This document shows, one piece after another, positions 52,626-61,397 of a stretch of DNA of 64,000 bases. Origin of the DNA: an uncultured Candidatus Poseidoniales archaeon (GTDB taxonomy: Archaea; Thermoplasmatota; Poseidoniia; Poseidoniales; Thalassarchaeaceae); assembly GCA_964576865.1 (NCBI GenBank), contig CAZNVK010000001.1:50697-114696 (forward strand), read 5' to 3'. The first letter of the stretch is position 1, and every line of letters begins with the position of its first letter. The position numbers and the translations under genes were made by a program. Under the pieces are notes generated by a model. It was not told the origin of the DNA and did not search any database. It saw only the letters and a list, made by a program, of their open reading frames with translations.

Positions 52626-53491
52626 GCGAGGCCGCTGAATTGCTGAAATTGGCCCGCTCGGGCGACCGGCGTTCGTTGTCACGCTTGCTGACGTTGATTG
52701 AGGAAGGAGCTGAATCGCCTGTCGCTGCCGGTTCGGGGGATTCTTTGGGAATCACCGGGCCGCCCGGCGTCGGCAAATCATCTCTCATCGGTCGGATGAT
52801 CGATGTTTGGACCGAGCGCGGCGAATCGGTAGCGGTTCTAGCGGTTGACCCTTCCTCGCCGCGCAGCGGTGGTGCCCTTCTGGGAGATCGCATGCGTATG
52901 ACGAATGCCGATTCCTCTGACCTCGTCTTCGTGCGCTCACTTGCTACGCGCAATCACCCAGGAGGGCTGATGGATTGTTTGACACCGATGGTCGATGTCC
53001 TGACCGCCTGCGGCTGGCAGAACATCGTCATCGAGACGGTCGGCGCCGGCCAATCAGAGATTCGTGTCGTCGCCTTCGCCGACCGCATACTTCTCGTCGA
53101 TGGCCCCGACCGGGGTGACATCATCCAAGCAGAGAAAGCGGGAATCATGGAGCTCGCCGACCTCATCGCGATCAATAAGGCGGATCTTCCGAATGCGGAG
53201 CGTGCGGCGAATTCGGTGAAATCGGCTCTCTCGGTCGGCGAAGACGAGAACACCCCCGACGTCCTACTCGTCTCCGCACACTCGGGCGAGGGGGTTGAAG
53301 CGATGGTCGATGCATTGTCTCAAACCGCTACGAGCGCCGACAGGGAGCGACTTCGCGTGCGCGAGCGCCTCATCTCAGCTTGGGATTCAGCTCTGTTGAC
53401 CTCTGGAGAATTGGAGCACACACTCGAATCCTTGGAGGCCGGAAACATGACGCTGCGAGAAGCGGTCGCGCGCATCAGGAAAGGAGACTGA
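52613..53491 (+). CDS. meaB: Methylmalonyl-CoA mutase-associated GTPase MeaB
   Basis: [40 protein letters not shown] and NKAD. Confidence 0.92.
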   Translation: MALVSEAAELLKLARSGDRRSLSRLLTLIEEGAESPVAAGSGDSLGITGPPGVGKSSLIGRMIDVWTERGESVAVLAVDPSSPRSGGALLGDRMRMTNADSSDLVFVRSLATRNHPGGLMDCLTPMVDVLTACGWQNIVIETVGAGQSEIRVVAFADRILLVDGPDRGDIIQAEKAGIMELADLIAINKADLPNAERAANSVKSALSVGEDENTPDVLLVSAHSGEGVEAMVDALSQTATSADRERLRVRERLISAWDSALLTSGELEHTLESLEAGNMTLREAVARIRKGD

Positions 53492-53496
53492 ACAGC

Positions 53497-54132
53497 ATGA
53501 ATGACATCCCAGTAGATATCGATCACGCAGAGCATTCGGTCGGCGGTTCAGGCGGTCATTGGTTCCGCCGCTTCACCCATGTAGGAATGTGTGTGATTCC
53601 ATTCGCCTACCACCTGTGGGGCGATACGATTGCAGGGGCGATATCGATGACTCCGCGCGAGTTTGTCATCGCTGTCGGCGTCGCCTTCGTCCTCATCGAA
53701 GCAATTCGTCTCAAATTCGGCATTATCATCGTCGGCCAGCGTGAATACGAAGCCAATCAGATCAGCGCGCTGGCCTGGGGTGCGATGGCGGTCTGCCTGA
53801 CCTTGATTCTCGCACCTCAGGAAGGAACCGATCTGGAGGCGGGTAAGTACACGATTCCAATCATCTGTGGACTAACCTTCGTCGATCCGATCATGGGTGA
53901 GGTCAAGCGAGCAAAGCAAGGTATGCGAGGGGCGGTGATTGTAGGGATGGCAGTCTCCTACACGATTTGGATGGGCAGCGTGGCACTATTCTCAACCCCG
54001 TTCATCGCTGCGCTTCTCCTCGCTCCGCTGACCGTCGCGGGAGAGGTCCCTCGTGTGCGCTGGATTGACGATAACGCGACGATGATTCTCTTCCCACTAA
54101 TCGCTCTCCTGTTATTGCATCCACTATTCTGA
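53497..54132 (+). CDS. Membrane protein, dolichol/phytol kinase (CTP-transferase)-like
   Basis: RRFTH, QREYE..QISA, DPIMGEV and IDDNATM; multiple TM segments. Confidence 0.6.
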   Translation: MNDIPVDIDHAEHSVGGSGGHWFRRFTHVGMCVIPFAYHLWGDTIAGAISMTPREFVIAVGVAFVLIEAIRLKFGIIIVGQREYEANQISALAWGAMAVCLTLILAPQEGTDLEAGKYTIPIICGLTFVDPIMGEVKRAKQGMRGAVIVGMAVSYTIWMGSVALFSTPFIAALLLAPLTVAGEVPRVRWIDDNATMILFPLIALLLLHPLF

Positions 54133-54211
54133 GAACTCTCAGCAGGCTTCACAGCCATCGATGTGAGCAGTCACATTTACAACCCGATTTCATCTCGCCG
54201 GTTCGATACAG

Positions 54212-54331
54212 ATGGCTGAGTCAGAGGAAACCGGAGGCATCATCGCCTCACCACTCTCGCAGAACTTCTACATCTTCGTCTGGACCGTTGCCTCGGTCGC
54301 TTCCTTCGCGATCTTCATCGCCTACTGGTGA
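54212..54331 (+). CDS. Small single-TM protein (39 aa) not in the ORF track
   Basis: MAESEETGGIIASPLSQNFYIFVWTVASVASFAIFIAYW; TTTACAA TATA-like element about 30 nt upstream. Confidence 0.55.
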   Translation: MAESEETGGIIASPLSQNFYIFVWTVASVASFAIFIAYW

Positions 54332-54355
54332 AACCCCCTCCTCCGGGGAGACGCT

Positions 54356-54841
54356 TCAACTGGCGATGCGGCCAACATCGTCGAATTCGTGGCCTTCATG
54401 CTGAAGTAAGCGAATCTTGGTTGCTTTGCCTCCGGCTCCGCTGTAATTTCCGATGACGCGGTCGCTGCGGATTACTCGATGGCAGGGCACCATTAGCGGC
54501 CATCGGTTATTCGCCATCGCGGAGCCGACTGCTCGGCTGGCTCGCGGGTGGCCCGCACCTGCTGCGAGTCCAGCGTAGGAAATCGTCTGGCCGAATCCTG
54601 TTTGTTCGGTTAGGGTCTGAAGGATTCGTGCATGAAATTCAGTCAATCCAGTTTCGTCTAGGTGTGGGACTGGCGTACTTCTGCCGGCGAAATAGGATTG
54701 TAACCACACCTTCGCGGCTGCGAGGTGCACATTCGAAACACTCTCTCTAGGCACCTCGCCCCAACCAATCTTCGTCAATCCGTTTTCGCTAGCCGCGAAA
54801 TGAATCGCACCCAGTGGTGTCTCGACCCAATCCTGCGCCAT
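54356..54841 (-). CDS. ogt: Methylated-DNA--protein-cysteine methyltransferase
   Basis: FGQTISY, RAVGSAM..N and VPCHRVI. Confidence 0.92.
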   Translation of the reverse strand: MAQDWVETPLGAIHFAASENGLTKIGWGEVPRESVSNVHLAAAKVWLQSYFAGRSTPVPHLDETGLTEFHARILQTLTEQTGFGQTISYAGLAAGAGHPRASRAVGSAMANNRWPLMVPCHRVIRSDRVIGNYSGAGGKATKIRLLQHEGHEFDDVGRIAS

Positions 54842-54850
54842 AAATTTGAA

Positions 54851-55180
54851 TCAGGATTCAGGGTCTTTGACCTTATCGTAGTCTGAAGAATTATTTTCGA
54901 TTTCCTCGGGTTCATCTCCACCCTGAATTGTTTCCATACCAACAATCTCGTAATTCGAGGGGAATAATGCAACAGCAACTCCTCCAACAATTGCTGCCAA
55001 TCCGAGATAGAATTGTTGTTGCACCATGATGAGTTCAAGCCCAATCGCAACCAGCAGCAATCCACCGAGATTTGAAATCCAGACGAGATTCTTGAAGGTC
55101 CCAAGAGAGACGCCAGTCGAATTCTCAGTCCTCTTCGGCCCGAACTCAGCGCCGAATCTCACAGGGTCATCCTTTGCCAT
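54851..55180 (-). CDS. Small two-TM membrane protein
   Basis: Two hydrophobic helices; AGGTGA SD overlapping the end of the ferredoxin gene. Confidence 0.65.
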   Translation of the reverse strand: MAKDDPVRFGAEFGPKRTENSTGVSLGTFKNLVWISNLGGLLLVAIGLELIMVQQQFYLGLAAIVGGVAVALFPSNYEIVGMETIQGGDEPEEIENNSSDYDKVKDPES

Positions 55181-55184
55181 TCAA

Positions 55185-55517
55185 TCACCTATCAATCATG
55201 ATAATCGCGTCCGTCGGGCAGGCGAGGACGCAGAGTTTGCAGCCGGTGCATGGGTCACGTAGGACGCGGGCTTTGCGGTTGACGTCGACATCCATAATCG
55301 GGCTGGCCATCGGAGTATCGTAGAGTTCGATGGCATCGTCATCGCAGACAATAGTGCACTGGTCACAGCCGATGCACAATTCCTCCTTCACCCAAGCGAC
55401 CGCTTCCTCGCCGCCCTTGAGTTTGGCTCGCTCCTCCGCGCGCATGGCATTCATCACCATGCGAATGCGACGTTGCTCGCGCGCGCGGCGAGCAGCGAGG
55501 TCAGGGATATCGGTCAT
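55185..55517 (-). CDS. 2x[4Fe-4S] ferredoxin with basic N-terminal helix
   Basis: CIGCDQCTIVC and CTGCKLCVLACP. Confidence 0.85.
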   Translation of the reverse strand: MTDIPDLAARRAREQRRIRMVMNAMRAEERAKLKGGEEAVAWVKEELCIGCDQCTIVCDDDAIELYDTPMASPIMDVDVNRKARVLRDPCTGCKLCVLACPTDAIIMIDR

Positions 55518-55608
55518 CCGAATCGATGCTGCCGGCCGGTCCTTCTCAAGCCTACGGTCGGCTTTGGTTCGAATTTACATCCCGTTGAAGAACAGGTGAG
55601 CTTGGGTT

Positions 55609-58386
55609 TCACTGGCGCTTTGCATCGATTTGGCGCGCCAAGAAGGAGACGACGTCGAGGATTTCGAAGTCGTGTCGCGGATCGCCTTCGAACTTCAGGC
55701 ACTCGAAGTGACTGACGCACTTCGGGCAGCTGGTCAGCATGATGTCCGCGCCCGTCGCCTTCACCTCATCGAAGCGCTCGAGGCGCAGGGTGCGACTATT
55801 CTCATTGCACGACATCATGCTCGAAACACCGCAGCAAAGGGCATCTTCGCCGGAGTGCTCCATCTCAACAAGGTCCACTCCGTCGACCGCGCGAACGAGG
55901 TCGCGCGGCTCATCATAGATATTCATCTGACGACCGAGCCGACAAGGATCGTGGTAGGTCACAGTGACGTCTTCAGGTGTGGCGAGGTCCATGTCGAAAC
56001 CGTTTTCGATCAGGAATTCAGTCGTGTGCATGACCTTCATGTCATCGAGTTCGTAATCCATCGCAAAGGTTCGGAAGCACTCAGCGCATGAGGTCACGAG
56101 GGTATCGATTCCGCTCTCTCCGAGCTTCTTCTGATTGTATGCCTTCAGCTTCTCGAAGACTTCCGTCATTCCTTGCCACTTCTGGTCGTGTCCGCAGCAC
56201 TTGAGGAAGTCTCGTCCGAGGTATGTGACGTCCTTGTTCATCTCGTCGAAGATAGTGAAAGCGGCTGTCGTGGTCTCTCCGAGGTTCATTTCTCCCTCGT
56301 TGACATGGCTGAAAATCATCTCTTGGTCGATGTAGTCAACGCAGCCTGGGTAGTAACCAACGCTACTGTCTATCGGGTACTGCTCCACCGGAATGAACTC
56401 CGCGTCGGCGTCCTCTTCAGCCTCTGCCGCGAGGACGGCTTGGAGGAGAGTGTGTGGTATTTCGGCGGCTGGAGGGCCGCCGACCATCAGGTTGCGGCGA
56501 ATGTCGACGTATGAGTCGTAATCGACTAGCTGCGGGCAAGCGTTCGTGCAAGCGGTGCAGGTCAGACAGGAGTATAGTGGAACCCCGTCATCTTCGTTAT
56601 TCCAGGTGTTGTAGATGATGTTGAGTTTGTCACCTGCATTGAATAGACGAACTGGGCAGGCGTCGTCGCACAGGTCGCAGCCGTAGCACTTGTTCATCTC
56701 CCACTCATAGCCTCGTGCCATGCTGCGCATCAGCATGTAGACGATTGCTCCTACTCCGAGACAAGGAATGAACATCGAGTAGGTCAGCTTGGCGTCGAGG
56801 CTCTTTGGGTTCTTCTTGTAGGTTGGATTGTCGAAGGTCATCGCCTCGAGGTCGGTTCCGGAGGGGAGGTTGTCACGTAGGGGTGTGGCGCCTGTTGCGT
56901 CCAGGAGCAGGGGCTGGAAGGCGGTGGCTGAGAAGTCGGTGATCATCGTCACCGTCTCATTAACACCACTCGAGGTGACACTGTACTTCAGATTGTAATT
57001 GCCTGGTGCTAGCTTGAGAGTCGTACTGTCGCACTCACCATCCGCTGACCACAGGACCTTTCCTGCGTCGTTGCTGATGCTGAGTGCTTGTGAATGGCTA
57101 CCAGCTGCCCGGACTGTTGTGCGGAAGTTGCAGCCGATGTCGACGAAGACCGAGGAGAGTCCGAGGTCTTCGATGTGCATAACATCGGACCAACTCTGGC
57201 TAATCTCGCTCAAATCTGAAGTTCCCTCGTATTCGATGGCTTGTCCGGCCGCGTTGCGACCGCTATCCATATCGGCGTGGCCGTTGACTCCCTCGAAGTC
57301 GATGACTACCGATTGAGTCGGTTGGAAGATTCCCCAATTCGACCAATGTTCTGCAGGTAAGGCACACCACCTCGCGGGGTCTTCATTTTCGTCTAAAGTA
57401 CTCCAGACCCCGAGGTCGGAAGATTCTGTGAAGGTCATGCAGAGGTCTCCCCACTCGTCCCAATCATCGCCTTTGGCGTCGTAGACGAGTGTATCGGCGG
57501 GCTGGCCACGCATGTCTTCGAGATCTTCGATCTCATCCATAGCACCCAGTCCGCCGTAATCCCAGAAGCCTCCCTCGTAGATTGGCCAGGTAACAGCTGA
57601 AATCATCACAGCGAGAATGAGGGAGCCAATCGCGACTTGCTTACCCATCGCAGGTGTAAGTCGCGCGCCGATGGAATTCACCAAGAACCATCTGACTGCG
57701 AAGAATAACACGGCGAAGATGAAGATTCCAGTGAGGATCCACGGCACAGCATTGAACACTTCAGCAGTCCACGGTGCCTGTCTACCACAATCTAGGACAT
57801 GCTTTGAGTTCGCCCAACAATAATCTGTTCGATCTTTGGCATATAATTCAAGGAAGATATTGATTGAAAATACAGAGATGAACCAGACGTGGGCGAGGTA
57901 GACCGCACCAGCAGTTGCGAACCAAGGGTCCTCGACAGGCCTCTTCTCGCGCCCACCCAAGAACGGCGGAAGCGCGAGTATACCGACTGGTATTCCAGTC
58001 AGGAAGGCACCCCACCATGCAGCGTTCCACGAGATTACCGGGGCACCCAAGAAGTCGCCTATCGGGCCGGCTGGAAGCACGAATTGCGGCAAATATTCGC
58101 CCCATCGCAGATATCCATACGAGAATAGAACATACCAGTCAGGGAATACGAAGCCGGCCTGTGCAAACGGGTCCGCCGCGCTGTGCAGCGGCGGCGGAAT
58201 CAACCAGCAATAGAAAGCAAGAACCATCATCATGGCTGCAAAGATGATCGAATCGCGAAGCACTTCCGTCGGCCAAAAAGCGTGCCCGACAAAGACTCGC
58301 TTGCGCTCGTGCTCCGCTTCAAGCAGCGTACTCTTCTCTCGGACGTAAGTATCCGCAATCCGCCCGAATCTATCGATCATTCCCAT
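55609..58386 (-). CDS. Cytochrome b6 subunit IV-like domain fused to an HdrD/GlpC-like Fe-S oxidoreductase
   Basis: FWPTEV, ADPF and FPDWY (PEWY equivalent); then CYGCDLCDDACP, CLTCTACTNACP, YYPGC..CCG..CAEC and YHDPC..CCG..CPKC. Confidence 0.88.
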   Translation of the reverse strand: MGMIDRFGRIADTYVREKSTLLEAEHERKRVFVGHAFWPTEVLRDSIIFAAMMMVLAFYCWLIPPPLHSAADPFAQAGFVFPDWYVLFSYGYLRWGEYLPQFVLPAGPIGDFLGAPVISWNAAWWGAFLTGIPVGILALPPFLGGREKRPVEDPWFATAGAVYLAHVWFISVFSINIFLELYAKDRTDYCWANSKHVLDCGRQAPWTAEVFNAVPWILTGIFIFAVLFFAVRWFLVNSIGARLTPAMGKQVAIGSLILAVMISAVTWPIYEGGFWDYGGLGAMDEIEDLEDMRGQPADTLVYDAKGDDWDEWGDLCMTFTESSDLGVWSTLDENEDPARWCALPAEHWSNWGIFQPTQSVVIDFEGVNGHADMDSGRNAAGQAIEYEGTSDLSEISQSWSDVMHIEDLGLSSVFVDIGCNFRTTVRAAGSHSQALSISNDAGKVLWSADGECDSTTLKLAPGNYNLKYSVTSSGVNETVTMITDFSATAFQPLLLDATGATPLRDNLPSGTDLEAMTFDNPTYKKNPKSLDAKLTYSMFIPCLGVGAIVYMLMRSMARGYEWEMNKCYGCDLCDDACPVRLFNAGDKLNIIYNTWNNEDDGVPLYSCLTCTACTNACPQLVDYDSYVDIRRNLMVGGPPAAEIPHTLLQAVLAAEAEEDADAEFIPVEQYPIDSSVGYYPGCVDYIDQEMIFSHVNEGEMNLGETTTAAFTIFDEMNKDVTYLGRDFLKCCGHDQKWQGMTEVFEKLKAYNQKKLGESGIDTLVTSCAECFRTFAMDYELDDMKVMHTTEFLIENGFDMDLATPEDVTVTYHDPCRLGRQMNIYDEPRDLVRAVDGVDLVEMEHSGEDALCCGVSSMMSCNENSRTLRLERFDEVKATGADIMLTSCPKCVSHFECLKFEGDPRHDFEILDVVSFLARQIDAKRQ

Positions 58387-58401
58387 GTCAAAGACCTCCG
58401 A

Positions 58402-59271
58402 TCAGTGCGGCTCCGCAATACCTTGCACCCAGACGATGAATAAATGCGCCAGAATCAGCGCCGTCACGACGACGGGCAGAATGAATACGTGCAGGAAATA
58501 CATACGCGTAACCGTCTGTCCGGAGAGCGATGTTCCCGCGAACATCGCGGTCGCGACCCACCCTCCGATGAGGGGGGTCGAGTTCGCCATGTTGATTCCG
58601 ATTGTAGCGGCTCCGAAAGCCAAACTATCCCAAGGCAGGAGGTAGCCCGAGTAACCGAAGAAGATAGTGAAGAACATCAGGGCGACGCCGATTAGCCAGT
58701 TGAGCTCGCGGGGGTTTCGGTATGCGCCAGTGAAGTACACGCGACACATGTGAAGGAAGACAGCGGCCACCATGAAGTGCGTCGTCCAGTGGTGTATCGA
58801 GCGGATGATGTAGCCGAATGGAAGCTGAGTCATGATGAACTCCATCGATGAATAGGCAGGGGTTGGGTCGCCTTCTCCTCCCGGCACGTAATAGAGTCCG
58901 AGGACCGTGCCGGTGATGACGAGAATCACGAAGGCGAGGAAGGAGATTCCACCCAAGCAGTAGAGTGGATACCAATACCAAATGATTCGCAGTTTATACT
59001 TCTCAGCGTGCGTAAGAGGCATTTGTCGGTGCACGCTGTAGTACGCATCCCGGCTCATGCCCCAGTAATCTTGGATGCGAAAGCGCGTGTCGAGCCACGA
59101 GAATGCCCAGAGGAAGGATTTCTCCGCCAAGCCCATGCTGCCAGCGCTCGTCTCGACCGCTCGAAGGATATCCTTGCGGGGCATTTCGTCCCGCTCCTTG
59201 CGCAGAGTGAAAGCGACGAGGACGACGACGAGGGCGATGAAGAGCCAAAGGAACCAGAATTGCAGCATCAT
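58402..59271 (-). CDS. petB: Cytochrome b6-type (N-terminal, split) cytochrome b
   Basis: YCLGGI, IRSIHHW...FLHMCRVY, PRELNWLIG, GYLLPWD, LHVFILP...AH and QGIAEP. Confidence 0.92.
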   Translation of the reverse strand: MMLQFWFLWLFIALVVVLVAFTLRKERDEMPRKDILRAVETSAGSMGLAEKSFLWAFSWLDTRFRIQDYWGMSRDAYYSVHRQMPLTHAEKYKLRIIWYWYPLYCLGGISFLAFVILVITGTVLGLYYVPGGEGDPTPAYSSMEFIMTQLPFGYIIRSIHHWTTHFMVAAVFLHMCRVYFTGAYRNPRELNWLIGVALMFFTIFFGYSGYLLPWDSLAFGAATIGINMANSTPLIGGWVATAMFAGTSLSGQTVTRMYFLHVFILPVVVTALILAHLFIVWVQGIAEPH

Positions 59272-59277
59272 CTCACC

Positions 59278-60132
59278 TCAGTCGCAGTATGTGTACCAAT
59301 CTTTGAAGTCCGGCAGTGCTTCAATGGTATCGCCCGTGATGACCCACGGGATGAGTGGTAGTCCGACCGGAGCAGGACCTCCGGTTCGGCGGATGCCGAA
59401 GTAATCGAATTCCGCTCCGGTCGAGCGGTTTCGACTTCGATTCTTCTCGATCGCGGTCGGGTCAAATCGGCTCGAGTGACAGATGCAGAACAATTTGTTC
59501 CCACCCGCGTCGACAGCGCCCGGCGTCCATTGGTCATTGGTGAAATCGTTCTGGACCAATTGCCAGCCGGGGATGCAGCATAGGTGGGTGCAGCGAGAGA
59601 ATATGACAATCAGATTGTCGTGGATCGAGAGCGACGCATAGTCGGGATTCTCATCCATCTCGTATCCGCTACCGACGTACTTTCCACTCTCGGTGTAGCC
59701 GTCCATGAATTGGAAGCGGGGTGAGTTGGTACTCGGAGCCGAGGTCGCGTTCTCGGCGTGTGGGACGTAGACGACATTGACCGGCAGTCCGGACCAGACG
59801 CCTTGAGCACCAGACATACCGGTCGGGCTGGCCTCGGCAGCGGCGACGAAAGCTGAGTATGACATTGGCTCGAGGTGTCGGTCACCATACCAAGCTGAGT
59901 CCTCAGCACCGGTAGGTACCCAGAAACGGACGGCGGTGTCGCCGCTCGAGGAATCGGCTGTTCCCATCAGAAGAGAAGCGAAGCCGATGCTGCCGAGGCT
60001 AGCCATGGTGATGACTCCCGCCGCGGTGTTGAATGAATAACGCATGAACTCGCGGCGGTCGATGACGGGATTTGATTGAGAAACCTCGTCATCGGCTCCA
60101 GGAAGTGGACGTAGTCGGAATCTTCGCGCCAT
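59278..60132 (-). CDS. petC: Rieske [2Fe-2S] protein with Tat signal/anchor
   Basis: DRREFM twin-arginine motif, CTHLCC, CICHSSRFD and GPAP. Confidence 0.9.
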   Translation of the reverse strand: MARRFRLRPLPGADDEVSQSNPVIDRREFMRYSFNTAAGVITMASLGSIGFASLLMGTADSSSGDTAVRFWVPTGAEDSAWYGDRHLEPMSYSAFVAAAEASPTGMSGAQGVWSGLPVNVVYVPHAENATSAPSTNSPRFQFMDGYTESGKYVGSGYEMDENPDYASLSIHDNLIVIFSRCTHLCCIPGWQLVQNDFTNDQWTPGAVDAGGNKLFCICHSSRFDPTAIEKNRSRNRSTGAEFDYFGIRRTGGPAPVGLPLIPWVITGDTIEALPDFKDWYTYCD

Positions 60133-60135
60133 GAA

Positions 60136-60585
60136 TCACACCTCGTATTGTTGCCATCCTTCTGTGTCATTAGGAGTGATGTACTTGTTCCGCCTATGTT
60201 TGACGACTACCACATCTGGCATGACGAATCTCAGGTAGACGATTCCCATCAAGATGACCGTCAGCAGCGTCATCGCCAAATGGAACGATAGACGCTGCTG
60301 GTCCCAGTGGTTGAACAATCCGTAAGAGAGAGTTCCAGCCCAGAACAGGGTCCAGAGGATTCCCCAGAGTGCGAATACGACGACGAGGGCGGATTCGCCG
60401 GAAGGCGAGAGGCTGGCGCGGACGATAGTACCGGCTTCGGGTTCGTTGAAGACTCCATGGTCAACCGCTGCGATGTAATTTTCCTCGCTCAGGTCAACTC
60501 CGGTTAACGCATCGCGTGCGTCCTCAACACTTACTTTGCCAGACTTGACCTCGCGCAGGAGTTTCATAACGACGTCGTCTTTCAC
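60136..60585 (-). CDS. Two-TM membrane protein in the Rieske/cyt b operon
   Basis: N-terminal LL..V..G.VSVEDA helix pair, two TM segments, GTGA overlap with the upstream gene. Confidence 0.7.
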   Translation of the reverse strand: MKDDVVMKLLREVKSGKVSVEDARDALTGVDLSEENYIAAVDHGVFNEPEAGTIVRASLSPSGESALVVVFALWGILWTLFWAGTLSYGLFNHWDQQRLSFHLAMTLLTVILMGIVYLRFVMPDVVVVKHRRNKYITPNDTEGWQQYEV

Positions 60586-61397
60586 AGTTGGTCACCCCTT
60601 CGTAGATGCTTGATGCGCAATTTGAGTAGGTTGCTTCGGCCTTCGTAGTGACGGGAAAATCCGTAGCGTAGGAAGAGTCCGCAAAAGAGGATGACGAGAA
60701 TCACTGCGCCGAAGCCGAGCAGCCCAAGCCAGTGGGCTCGCAGGGCAGCTCCCATATGATGCAGGTCGATGTGGGTTTCCGCTGGCGCGGGAGGCTCGAT
60801 CTCTCCGTTTCCGCTGAAGATTGTCCGACTATTGCCGTTATCGGTTCCCTCGTCGACCGAGGTTGTCAGACGATTCCAGCGGTCGAGGTCAGAGGGTGCG
60901 TGGTCACCGTTGACAGCGTTTCCTGAGAGAGAAATGGTGACTACGCCGGTGCCTTCTGACGGGGCCGTCCAGATGATGAGCCAAGTCCTGTCGGCGGTTG
61001 AGCCGCCAGAGCCAGCATGGGTCAGGCTGGTAGAATCGCCCTCCCAGTTCTGGACTTGGCTCTCGTAGCCTTCGCCGCCGGCGAGTGAGCCTGCACTGAC
61101 TCGCAGTGCGAATCCTCCGGTGGTTGATTGAGTGTCGATTTCAGGGCCACCGATAAGTTGGATCTTCATGGCGTATGTCGTGCCTGCACTGTAATGGTAA
61201 GGTACACCGTCGAGGATGACGGTGACTGAATTATCTGGCAGTTCCGAATGGCAGGTGCATCCTGCCAGTGCTACGTCTCCCTCGTCATCCTCGTCCCCTC
61301 CGATGCCGGTGGAGTAGGCTTGGCTTGAACCTGCGAGAAGAAGAGCGAAACAAGCCAGTACGAGTAGCCTTTGCGAGGTCGAGTGATGCGTCTTCAT
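60582..61397 (-). CDS. Exported Reeler/choice-of-anchor-V-like protein with CxCH motif and C-terminal TM
   Basis: Signal peptide, GCTCH, GGFAL, LTH, WTAP..G.G.V, GNAVNGD and a TM preceded by HIDLHHM. Confidence 0.75.
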   Translation of the reverse strand: MKTHHSTSQRLLVLACFALLLAGSSQAYSTGIGGDEDDEGDVALAGCTCHSELPDNSVTVILDGVPYHYSAGTTYAMKIQLIGGPEIDTQSTTGGFALRVSAGSLAGGEGYESQVQNWEGDSTSLTHAGSGGSTADRTWLIIWTAPSEGTGVVTISLSGNAVNGDHAPSDLDRWNRLTTSVDEGTDNGNSRTIFSGNGEIEPPAPAETHIDLHHMGAALRAHWLGLLGFGAVILVILFCGLFLRYGFSRHYEGRSNLLKLRIKHLRRGDQL

